DNA from: Felis catus
Taxonomy: Eukaryota
NCBI RefSeq assembly: GCF_018350175.1
Contig: NC_058380.1
Span: 30,628,001-30,692,000, forward strand
DNA length: 64,000 nucleotides
Reading direction: 5' to 3'
The first letter of the stretch is position 1. Each line of letters opens with the position of its first letter. Of this stretch, positions 25,444-36,900 are shown piece after piece. Position numbers and translations under genes: made by a program. The notes under the pieces are model-generated. The model was not told the origin of the DNA. It searched no databases and saw nothing but the letters and a program-made list of their open reading frames with translations.

Positions 25444-26062
25444 TGTTATGGACTGAATTGGGTCCCCCACTCCCTGTGCCCCTCAAAATCCATATTAAAG
25501 TCATATTTCCCAATGTGACTACCTCTGCGGAAAGGACTTTTATGGAGTCAATTAAGGTTATACAAGGTCATGTGGGGAAGGCCCCTAATCCAGTAGGACT
25601 GGTGTCCTTAGAAGAGGAAGAGACACGGGGCACCTGGGTGGCTCAGTCAGTTAAGCATCCAACTTCGGCTCAGGTCATGATTTCATGGTTCGTGGGTTGA
25701 GCCCCATGTAAGGCTCTGTGCCGACAGCTCAGAGCCTGGAGCCTGCTTCAGATTCTGTGTCTCCCTCTCTCTCTGCCCCCCACCACCCCACCTCACCTTG
25801 CTCACGCTTTGTCTCTCTCTCTTAAAATTAAATGAACATTTAAAAAAATTTTTTAAAGAAGAGGAAGAGACACCAGGAGTGAGTGTACACATAGGAAAAA
25901 GAAGGCAGCTATCTGAAACCCAGGAAGAGGCCTCATCAGAATCCAACCTTTGCCAACACCCTGATCTTGAATTTCTAGCTTCTCAAACTGTGAAAAAATA
26001 ACTTCTGTTTAAACTACACAGTCTGTGGGATTCTGACGTGGTACCCCAAGCAAATTAATACA
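25444..26062 (+). mobile_element. MaLR LTR (MLT1-like), interrupted by a SINE
   Basis: tgttatggactgaa...aattaataca termini, ggcccctaatccagtaggactggtgtcctta. Confidence 0.78.
25627..25856 (+). mobile_element. Can-SINE inserted in an MLT1-like LTR
   Basis: 17-bp TSD agaagaggaagagacac (25610-25626 / 25857-25873). Confidence 0.93.
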
Positions 26063-26189
26063 CTCCCTAGATAATCTCACTTTGCATATGATAATCCACA
26101 CTTTATAGTATCATCAGTTTTCTTCCCGAAACAAAGATCCAATCCTATCAAATCCTCTTCAGGTTTTTAACTGGTCCCCGGTCAACTTC

Positions 26190-26400
26190 CGGGTTTCTCA
26201 ACCTCAGCACTACTGAATTTGGGGGCTGGTATGGGGGCTCTCCTGTGCACTGTAGGCTGTTTAAGAGCATCACTGGCCTATACCCACCAGATGCCAGTAG
26301 CATCTTCCCACCAAGTTGTGAAAACAAAACAAAACAAAAAAAATGTCTTCAGACATCGCCAAATGTTCTCTGGGGGGCAAAACCACCCTGAATGAGGAGC
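26190..26400 (-). mobile_element. MER20 DNA transposon
   Basis: gggtttctcaacctcagcact...cctgtgcactgtagg...agatgccagtagca...gacatcgccaaatg. Confidence 0.8.
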
Positions 26401-26489
26401 TCAGCTGAGCATAACCTCAATTGCTTATTGTAATTAAAAAAAAAATGAAATAACCAATGTTGGATTTTGTTTTATTTATTAAAAAAAAA

Positions 26490-26700
26490 ATTTTTTTTTA
26501 ATGGTTTATTTTATTTTTGAGACAGAGAAAGAGCATGAGTGGGGGAGGGTTAGAGAGAGAGGGAGACACAGAATCCGAAGCAGGCTCCAGGCTCTGAGCT
26601 GTCAGCACAGAGCCCGACGCGGGGCTCGAACTCACAGATGGTGAGATCGTGACCTAAGCCAAAGTCGGAAGCTCAACCGACTGAGCCACCCAGGCGCCCC
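26490..26700 (-). mobile_element. Can-SINE
   Basis: Ends ...ctgagccacccaggcgcccc on +. Confidence 0.92.
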
Positions 26701-26822
26701 ATAATTATTTATTTTTTTTAATTGTGGTAAAATAGACCTGACATAAAATTTACCATTTTTGTTCATGCATCATTTTTCTGGTTTCACTTACTTCCTTATG
26801 TTTCCTTTTAGCTCACTGAGCA

Positions 26823-26929
26823 TTTTTTTCACAGTTTACTTAAAGTAGGCTTCACACCCAAGGAGGGGCTTGAACTCACAACCCTGAGATCAAGAGGTGC
26901 ACACTCTGGGTGAGCCAGCCAGAAGCCCC
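26823..26929 (-). mobile_element. Short old Can-SINE (tRNA head only)
   Basis: ggggcttgaactcacaaccctgagatcaagag motif. Confidence 0.75.
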
Positions 26930-27539
26930 TAATTTTTAAAGTCAGCTGTTTTAAATTCCTTGTCAGATAATTCAGAGATCTACGTTTCTTTAGGGCTGGT
27001 GTCTGGAGATCATGGTCACCATTGTTAAGTGTCCATTTCAGTGGCATTAACCAACTCATTGCTGTGCGACCATTACTACCACGTCGTGGGTATCCTTAAG
27101 ACAAATGTGTGCTCCCTTTTTGGGGGTCAGTGTTCCGGGTGTGTCTGTTATTTCTAAGTGGTTTTACTGTGTTGTTCAAATCCTCTATTTCCTTACTAAT
27201 CTTCTCTCTGTTCTTTCCATTACTGAAATGGAAAGTACTGAAATCCTAGTACATCATACAGTATATTATTACACAGTCATTCATTCAATAAATACTTACT
27301 AAGTGCTAAAGCACTGCTTTAACTGCTGAAAACACAGAAACTTGTTAGAATATAAGCACCACAAAGACAAGCTCTTAGAGTCTGCTCTGCTCATTGACAT
27401 ATTCTAGAACATACCAAACAGAGAGCACTGAGTAAATATTAGAGGAATAAATGAATGCATTTCAATGTGATAGATAAGCCTTTGCAGGGTTACCAATGAA
27501 TACAAGTTAATTTATGACACTTTTCATATGAAATTAGGA

Positions 27540-27754
27540 TTTCTTTTCTGAGAGTGTGAAAGAGAGGAAGAGAAAGAGAAAGCGAAAGTGAAAGAGCAGG
27601 GGAGGGGCAGAAGGAGAGGGAAAGGGAGAACCCTAAGAAGGCTCCGCACTCAGTGCAGAGCCTGACATGGGGCTCATTCCCATGACCAGAAGATCATGGG
27701 CTGAGCTGAAACCAAGAGTTGGATGCTTAACCAACTGAGCCACCCAGGCACCCC
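27540..27754 (-). mobile_element. Can-SINE (older subfamily)
   Basis: Reverse-complement head. TSD aaattagg(a/g)tttt. Confidence 0.88.
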
Positions 27755-27964
27755 AAAATTAGGGTTTTAAAGGCATTCAATATATGCACAGCTTTTTAAT
27801 GTCAATCATACCTCAATAAAGTGGTTTTAAGAAAACAGCAACTTACAAACAACAACAACAAAGGCAGCTTCATGTATCCTGGCATATAACCTAAAGGGGC
27901 ATGGTGTGTTTCTAAACGTACATACATATGTGTCCAGCATCTTTAACCAATCCTAGGAACATAC

Positions 27965-28195
27965 CTTTACAATGTACTGCAATGGCACCCTCCGCATTTT
28001 CACAAATATCCAAAAATTCTTTGACGATGGCATCAGTAGGGGTGCTGCCATCCGCAAAGAAAAGGTCATAGTGATCGAAACCAGCATTCGTAAAGCGTTT
28101 GGCATCATACATCCTTTTATTCAGACGAATAATAGTAGTAACGTTGTGATTCTTAAAATACGGAATATAAGCCTCAGGAGAATGTTGGTGGTAAC
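27965..28195 (-). CDS. CDC14B: CDC14B exon 9 (231 nt), (G)YHQHSPEAY...[10 protein letters not shown]...GAIAVHCK(A)
   Basis: Core of ORF 27912..28253. tttatgtag| acceptor, AAG|gtatgt donor. Contains the general-acid loop (FADGS) and the catalytic HC. Confidence 0.98.
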
Positions 28196-28475
28196 CTACA
28201 TAAAAAAATTCACCAGACATTGTCAAATGCAGAAAGAAAACAATGCCTAACAATTTTACCTGTAATTGGGTGGAAAGAGTATCTGACCTGGGGGTGGAAT
28301 ACCAATTTGATTATAACTATAAAAGCATTAATTCAAAAAGTTAAAAGCCTGGCAAAATAAAAACGACCAAGTATATTTAAATAATTAAGACAGACCTTTG
28401 GCCTCTTTCAAAAGAAAATACAGGATAGATACTTTTAATAACAAAACGATACTAGGTCCCATTATTTTTGCATAC

Positions 28476-28563
28476 CACTTTCAAGTCTGGTTCTTGAATG
28501 AGGTCCACAGAAGGCAATAAATCGGTCTGGTATTATCCAATTTAAATCTCCATTTTCTGCTTT
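28476..28563 (-). CDS. CDC14B: CDC14B exon 8 (88 nt), [29 protein letters not shown](G)
   Basis: ccctttgcag| acceptor, GTG|gtatgc donor, conserved NGDLNWI. Confidence 0.97.
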
Positions 28564-30306
28564 CTGCAAAGGGAAGACCAGTACAATTCATTTTTAGACT
28601 TAATCTCCCGTCCACACTCCTTCCCAATACTGAGTGTCTGAAGGACTTCAAATCCATTTATTTTAGCACAGAATCAGTTTATAAAAAGACCATGAGATAG
28701 GAAACTAAAATTTAGCCTGCTATGAGTACTCCCTGGGAGTAGTTAACTTCTTCTGATCCTAATCATGTTTTTATTTTTATTTTATTTATTTACTTATTTA
28801 TTTATTTATTTTTCTAATCATGTTTTTAAAAACAGTGTTCCTTTGCTTGGATAGTCAGCCTTTGGAAAACAGAGCTAACTGCTGCTATTCAAAATATACC
28901 TAAGTATTTTAATTATTTTATCCAGCTAAATTCTCATATAATTGCTGCTAATTAATAAGAAAGCAAACTTTTTATTATGAGGGATCTTAGAAACTTTCCT
29001 ATTTCCCTGAATGACTAACTTGCTTCCAACATGAGCAATCTTGACTCCTTGAACAAAGGGGGGGGGACTTCTGATTTCTTGATATTTATACTTTATTTCT
29101 AGAGACACATACTTCCATCATTTTGTTAGCTATTTAGTAAAAGGGTCAATGAAGAATTTGCACTAAACCCACCACAAAATTACAAGTACACTAATTTCAC
29201 AGTACAGCTTTAGAAAAAAGCGTGAACATAAACTGATATTTAAAACACCTTACTTTCTGTTACTAAGTCCTTTCAACTGAGTTACCATAATAATTATTGT
29301 AGGATAAATACAGCTCAACTTTAACAATAATAGAAATGGATACACAAAAACTGAAGCAGGAAGTAGAAGACTTGATAGTGGAGGAGAGAACTAGCAATAA
29401 TAACAAGCAATCGGGGTATACTTATGCACACCTAAGAACAAGTAAGCAATAAACTGGGAGTTGCCTGAATATCTACAACTAGAGTTGCCAGTCAGGTAAC
29501 CCAAATCCAATTTATTTGACTTAATTATCAGTGAGGGGAATTAACGAACCCTTGTTCCACACTAAAAGGCCTAAGCAAGAATGAAAACATGTCCAGGTAT
29601 TCCAACTTTGAAATGGAATCAGAAATCTAGAGATTTTATTATGAGAAACATGTGATTAGATTTTACTGAATTGCAGACATCACATGTTATAAGATGCATC
29701 TTGAATTCAGAAAAGTAATGTAATAGGAAAAAATGGGCATCAGGGAATCAATGAAAGACACTACTCCAAAATTTCTACATATCTGTAGAGAAACAAAATT
29801 ATCCATGGCTTGTAGCTACTTAAACAGTTCCTTGAGTTTCAGTGCAGTTTCACTGAAAGGAAACAGCATATGGGGGCAACCTTGCTACTACCCCCAACAT
29901 TGCAATTTCTGCATTAGTGAGAGGGAAGCTAATTAGCACCTATATTACTCCTCAGTAACACATAAAGGCATCACTCTGCTCCACTGAAGGAACACCAACT
30001 GGTGTTCTTAGTAGTTTTATTTGCCTAGAAAGAGAAAGTATATTTTATTTTAAATGTTTAATTTTATGAGGACAAGCACAAAAATAATGGTATTAATAAA
30101 TAAGTTATATTTATCAGTTTAGGATGTGCATTAAATATATATTGTACTTCAGAAACATACTGGTATTACAGAGAAGTAAAGATACGGTTGGCCCGAATGA
30201 ATCAATCATGGTATGTTTTAGATCTTTGGTACATCACAGTAATGACTAACCGTAACTATTAGAACAGTTCAGTTATACCTAAAAGTTTAAAATAATAGGT
30301 GCTCTA

Positions 30307-30505
30307 GGGGCACCTCGCTGACTCAGTCAGTTGGGTGTCCAGCTCTTGAATTTTGGCTCAGGTCATGATCTCAAGGTTCTTGAGATCGAGCCCACATCAG
30401 ACTCTGCGCTGACAGTGTGGAACCTGCTTGGGATTCTCTCTCTCCTCTCTCTCTGCCCCTCGCCCACTCTCTCTCTAAATAAATTTTTTTTAAAACATTA
30501 AAAAA
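30307..30505 (+). mobile_element. Can-SINE
   Basis: ggggcacctcgctgactcagtc head, CT tract, A tail. Confidence 0.88.
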
Positions 30506-30757
30506 AATAATACTCTAGAAATTGTGAAAGGACAGTTATCTCAGGATTCCAGACACTGTTGCATAAAAGTGCTGTCTGTTGGAATCACTCCATTATTGGT
30601 GAGAATGCCTGCTCCAGATAACTACAGTAGGATAAAAAGACAAGATTCCACAAGTACTCTTGGCAAAAAAGACCTTTAGCATGATAGCATCTTACTATTT
30701 AAAGGGTGGAATGGCAGAATCAAATTACTTACTCTTTAAAATATACTACATTTACAA

Positions 30758-31215
30758 ATGTAGAGGACATCTATTGTTTTGCCTTCCTGGACTTTCTTCT
30801 TTCTCTTTCTCTCTTTTATTGTCTGTGTGGTTTGACAGGGCTGATCCCAGCATACCCCTCCAACTACTGACATGATCCACCCAACAACTACCCTCACCAG
30901 GAACACAGTCTAGCTCAGAGCAAGGCACATGATCTAATAAGGCAGGCCAATGAGGAACTTGTGGGTTTCTTCTGATGAGTTTGCCCAGTGAGTCAATCAA
31001 AGATGCTGGTCGCCATCACTACTGGGGAGGGCTGGCCTGGTAACAAAACTAGCTTTTTCTGGCGAGTATCTGAGTACATTCACCTGGTCATACATGAAGT
31101 TACACCTGCTCCTAGACTTTTTATTTATGTAAATCAATAAATGTCCCCTTTTTTATTTAAGCCATTTGTATTTACTTTCTGTAATTTGCACCCAGAAGTG
31201 TCTTGACTTCATACA
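30758..31215 (+). mobile_element. Old MaLR LTR remnant
   Basis: ...aatcaataaatgtccccttttttatttaagcc...tctgtaatttgcacccagaagtgtcttgac..taca, typical MLT1 3' end. Confidence 0.5.
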
Positions 31216-31590
31216 AACAAAAGGTTATGATAAAAACATTTTCCAGAGGTAATTAGATGTATAAGGACTTTTATTCACCTCACCAGATCCTATGCTAAGG
31301 GTTTTTAAATCTCCCCATTTAATCACTCTATGAAAATTATCAGCACTACAAAAATTAAACATGAAAGAAAAATGCCCAGTAGCACATTCATGCACTCTGG
31401 GAAAGATGCATCAAATATACAAATCACCACTAAGAACTGGAACTTCAGAATGGGGGTAAGAGGATAAAGACTTGCCTTTTTTTTTTCTCTATACATATCT
31501 AAATTGTTCACCTCTTCAAAAAACAAGAATATTACCTCTGTAAGTAAAACATGAATAAAGGAGTTAAAAGCAGTATCCTTGAAAACTTAC

Positions 31591-31653
31591 TTCATAGTGT
31601 TCATATTCATCAAGGTTAAATGTGTTGAAATTAAGGAAGTCATACTGCATTGC
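31591..31653 (-). CDS. CDC14B: CDC14B exon 7 (63 nt), AMQYDFLNFNTFNLDEYEHYE
   Basis: attttag| acceptor, GAA|gtaagt donor, conserved EYEHYE. Confidence 0.97.
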
Positions 31654-34218
31654 CTAAAATCCAAAGGAAAGCTTTTAAGAATAAAGATGCAAATAAGAGA
31701 ACAATTTCTGATCCAATTTCCTAATTAAAAATATCAGGAGGTAACCCAAAAGAGCATTATTATATTTAGATTTTGTTCCACTTAATAGTTTTCAAAGAAG
31801 GTGGGCTATGTGTTTTAAATGCTTCCATTATCTGGAAAATTAGCTATAATAATATTTATTTTAATGAGATTTGATTTGTTTTTATTTTCCTTCATCAATC
31901 ATCCTATCCATGCACAGCTAAATAATGAAGACTTCAAAGTAATCATACTAACTTTAATAAGTTAGTTAGCTGATCTAATGATCAACACCACCAAGCAATG
32001 GTCCTTAAATAATAAAAAAGAAGTAAATCATAGGTTAGCTTATCCCAAACAAATCCCACCACTTCATAAATATCTTCACTTTCAAATTCTTCTGAATTTA
32101 GATTTAAAAGATGAATGTTCCTGATACAACAAAATTCAAAATTTTGAGGAAAAAATTTTTTTCAATAAAAAGAAAACCCATAAAATTTCTGTTCTATTCT
32201 GTAGCCTCACCCTCAGTTGCAGCGGGCAGGTCATGCTAAGCAAAATAAACAGAGTATCTAATTTCTGAGACAAAGATAAGCTGGTGGCCTCTGAGAGCTG
32301 TTATCCCTGCTCACTGAGCCAGACAGCATGCAACCAAGGATTTGTTGTTGTTGTTGTAGTTGACAGTGTTTTATTAGTTTCAGGTGTCCAACATAACGAA
32401 GTTGACAATGTTACACATTACTCAGTGCTCACCACGCTAAGTGTAGTCCCAATCTGTCACCATACAATGTTACTGTTCTACTACTTATATTCTCTATGCT
32501 GTACTTTCCATCTCTGTGTGTAAAAATTCTTGATCAGCAAGGTATTCTTGGTTCAAAAGGGATGACTCTATAAACTCAGCTTTCAAAATTTAAACCACTG
32601 AAATATGAATGGAAAATGAGAAGGCTACAGTATCAAACAAAAAACCCTCATTTAAAAAAATATAGCTATTTAAATTCTAATTCCAAGACTATGATTAGTT
32701 ATATTTCTTTGAATTCAAAATACTCAATATATGTCATGCTATTTGAACTACATGCTCTTAACAGAGTGATACAATAAGATGTAGTTTAAAGGCAATTTCT
32801 ACTCATAAGGAGAACCTATTAGAAGCTGCATTAAAATGAAGTCACAATTACTTTTATAAACCTTTTTTATATGCAATATTCAAAATCAGCTACAAATTAA
32901 AAATGTTTAACTTGAAAATCAGAAGCTGTTGACTCTCGAATAAAACTAAATATAGAGCAAGAAAAGGAGTCTTTGACTTATAGTTCCTGCTAATTAATTA
33001 GGCTTTGGATATAATATCTGATAAAAAAGAAAAAAACTAAGCTGACAAATAACAATAGAATGTTAGAGTGGACCATTTCCAAGGCCCTCTAAGTTTTTCA
33101 CCTCTCTTTTTAAAGGAAGTGGAAGTAGAGAGAAGGGAACCCTAGCATAAGGAGAGGTATACCTGCCTGCATTAGCAGTTCCCAGGGGTCATTTATACCC
33201 TCCATCTCTTGATCACCTCCTCTGCACATTACCCGCCTAAAGTGAGGCCTGATTGAGCTGCCTCAGAGCCTGTGGCAACGAACTTGATCACCTTTATTAA
33301 TAGTCACTGGACTCAAACCCAAAACAACATTAAGTTCTATACCTTGTTGCCTAATACAGGAAAAAAAAGATATACTAATTAATATCTGAATTAGTATACT
33401 AACTAGTCCTCAAATTTCTCAGAAAGCCACCATGTTTCATTATACAAGAAAGCAAACCAGGGCTCCTTTTGACTGTGAGAATGTAAGTCACATAAAACTT
33501 GAGATGTTGTTGAAAGTTTATTTGATCCATGGGCTACTGATTTAAATTCTAGTTTCTTGTGCTGCCCTGACATTCAAGACACATACCTGAGGGAGGGAGT
33601 GTGCCTGCGTCACATAACTCCAGGGGACCCCATTCATTTAGAATGTGATATTAAAGGTGTCTCTGGGAGTCAAAGACGGCAGGCAGTACTGGTTATAAAA
33701 CACAGCAGTTATTTTTAAATAACTTTGACAAAGCAGTGGTGACCTACTTAGTCTTACATAAAACCTAGTAACAAACTAATGGACTACACAAATTCTTCTG
33801 CTGAACTAGAAATTGAATGCTTGAAAACACAAAACGAAGTGTTTGTATCAATTACTGCATTACAGAAATGTCTGTGGTAAATAGGATTGGTGGCTATCAG
33901 ACCCATAAGATACATAAATCAAAGACAACTCGGAAACCAGTAATCTATTTACTTTTTTTTTTTCTTTGAAATCACAACGCACCCAAAACATGTCTGGATT
34001 TAGAACCTAATTACATAACTAGCTCTGTTGTTCAAGTGGCTTTTTTCCCAACTCATTCAAGAAACACTCAGATTCAGAAAAATCATTTACTGGTTTGGCA
34101 TTATTCCAAAGTTAGTGGGAAATGGGACATCTCTGACATCATACACATCTTGGAAGATCCTTGCAGAAAAGGCCTAGTCTTCCAACTCAACACTGGGTAC
34201 ATCTTACAATTCACTTAC

Positions 34219-34285
34219 CTTCTTTACTGCATGAAAACAGTCAAGAAGTGTAATGTAGAAATTGCAACTTCCATAGGCAGCATCT
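34219..34285 (-). CDS. CDC14B: CDC14B exon 6 (67 nt), (R)[22 protein letters not shown]
   Basis: ttcag| acceptor, AAG|gtaagt donor. Confidence 0.97.
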
Positions 34286-34822
34286 CTGAAATCCCAAAAG
34301 TATTGAAATACATAGCTCAGTTAAATTTAGTTTTCTGTAGTACACTTACCTCAAGACAAAGCAGACTAGTATTTAAAAGCAAACCACATACTCAGGATCA
34401 GACTCAAAAAACAAAAATCTTGCCTTTCGATTTTTAAGTCAAGGATAAGTCATTGTTATAAATTTCACTGCAGTTTCTACCTATTCCAGTAGATATTATT
34501 TTATAGGCATGAATCAATAATGACCACTTTTTAAATTTCAAATGATCTCCCTAGATCATTTTTGGCCTTGATGGCTGGGCTTCAAAAGTTCCTTAAGTTC
34601 TAATCAGTAATATGTACCCTTCCCCACAAACGAGCAAGGCATTGAATCTTTTCTTTTTTACTGGAAAATATCATATTAAACTGTTACCAGGTAAGACTTC
34701 TTTTTGATTCTGTATACACATATATGTGTGTGCATGTTGTAAGTATATGCTGCAGGTACAGGTCTATCCATGAAGGAAAACAATATTGGGAAATCAAAGT
34801 AATATTTGAAATACTAGGTGCA

Positions 34823-34889
34823 AGCTTTGCACAGTGGCAGTATTGTAGCCAATGAGGTTTATCTGAGGCGCAATTATTGCTAACTGAAA
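34823..34889 (+). pseudogene. 3'-truncated U4 snRNA retropseudogene (nt ~1-67)
   Basis: agctttgcacagtggcagtattgtagccaatgaggtttatctgaggcgcaattattgctaactgaaa matches the U4 5' domain with 5 mismatches. Flanked by the direct repeat gaaatactag(g/t)tgca. Confidence 0.93.
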
Positions 34890-35713
34890 TACTAGTTGCA
34901 AGCTAAAAAGAAGGCAGTCTGCTCTTCTCATTATGCTTTCACAATTTTTAACAAGTTAACTGAGTAACTTCTTTCTGATTCTTACAAGATTAGACTACCA
35001 AGAAAACCACAGGAACTAAGGGGCCAACCACCTTTAGTAGAGCTTTAGTGCTCTTGGGGAAGTGCTTAAATTAGTTTACAGACAACTCCACCCAACAGCC
35101 CAACACCTCATCAACATCTATCTGTAATCTTAGCACAAATCTCTTAATGTCAGTTAAGGTTTTGAACTCCAATCCCATCTACTTCCCCCTTCTAGCTACT
35201 GTGAGCCATTACGAAGTAAAAATGTTTGGAATTAGACAAGATAAAAATTAATTTAATTGTGATCATTCTAGACATGCCAAACAACTGTGACTCTCTGAAT
35301 GGTCCTTATTTGGTCCCCTGGTGGAAACAGCTGCTAGCGAAGCCATCATTAATTGCCTGTCTTGGTTGAGTTTTCAATTGTAGTATTACTTAACCTGAAA
35401 AATTATTTAAGATTTCAACTTACATAAACCTTAAGAATACAGACTTTCATAGCAACATGAACAAGGAGGAAAAGGACTATTTTAGTTTTAGACATTACTG
35501 TCTGGATTGGTTAGAATTACTGAGTTAAGTTATAGGTTAGCCTTCATAGGATTGCACACAAAGTCTTACAATGTGCCATTTTTGTCCAGTAAGCTTCTGA
35601 ATTTAAAAAGCTGCTCATCCAAAAGCTAGACCAGGTCTCTATGCAACCTAGAAAATGATTTTACCAGTAGTTTATTGGTAATATTCGGGAGGAGAAAAAC
35701 AAAACGACCCATA

Positions 35714-35879
35714 GCAGTTATCAGTGTGGTCACTGATCAAACGATCAGCATCACCTGCTAATTCCCAGCTCCACCCCAGACCCACTGAGTCAGAGGTTCT
35801 ATATGGGTGGGCCAGGTAATTTTTGTTCTAACAGGTCCTCCAGGTGACTGTGATGCATGTTCAAGTTTAAGAACCACTG
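35714..35879. mobile_element. MER5A-like hAT DNA transposon
   Basis: ...ccaggtgactgtgatgcatgttcaagtttaagaaccactg end. Confidence 0.68.
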
Positions 35880-36524
35880 ACCTATATAATCAACACAAAT
35901 ATTTCTTGATTTGTAGAAATAATTTTTTCATTGAATAAAGAACATTTTTAGATAAAGAACCTATGGGTAAGGAAATTAAGTAATTTAGCCTAAACCAAAT
36001 CAAAATTATCAGAGGAAATATGGTGAAGTCTCAAATCGCATCCCAGTGTTTTTACCACTTTTATTATCTTCTTAACGTACTGCTAATTCTTCCCCAGTGA
36101 AATTAAAGACATGTTGATTCAGTCTTTGTGATAACTTGATGCATTTACTCATTGAATATTTTCTGAGAACCTACTATGGGCCAAGCCCTGCTCTAGTCGA
36201 TGATGATTCGACAAGCTTTGATCTGGGCTCAGCTAAAGTTCTGCCTCATGCATCATACTACCTGAATAGATGACAAGAATCTTTATTCATTCCCGTTTAC
36301 TTCATTAACACCTCCAACTTTAAACACACCCACACTTCCTTCCTTCTACCCAAGCAATCAGGCTTCTTCAAAACAGCAGAATAGCAGCTATGAATCTAGA
36401 TGTAAGGTTGGGGCGGGTAAGATCATTTAACAAACTTAGAAAAGCAGATGAGAATCAATGAAGGAGTATTGCTGAAAAACTGCAAAACAGTGTCAAATAC
36501 TAGTTTAAAAAATAACAGATTTTG

Positions 36525-36900
36525 CGGCGGCTTGTATGCATAATAGCCCCAAACTGCAAACAACCCAGGAATCCATCAAAAGGACAAAAAGCAAAGAAAT
36601 TGTGATGTATTCATAGAATGGAATGCTACAAAAGCAGTAAAAAAAAAAAAGATGAACTACTGATGCCTGCCACAACACAGATACATCTCACAGGCATGAT
36701 GTATTTTAAAAGCTAGTCCCAGTTCTGCGAAATGCCTACTCTCTGACTCCATTTATAAGAAGTTCAAAGTCAAGAAAAACTAACTGATGTGGTAGAAGTC
36801 AGCAGTGGTTACTTAGGGGGTGGTTACTCACTAGAAAAGGGCTGAAAGGAATCTTCAGGGGTGCTGGCAGTGTTCTGTACACTGAACTATATACACATGA
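36525..36900 (+). mobile_element. Ancient L1 (L1M) 3' fragment
   Basis: taatagccccaaactgcaaacaacc...atggaatgctac...gactccattta...agaagtcag. Confidence 0.6.
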
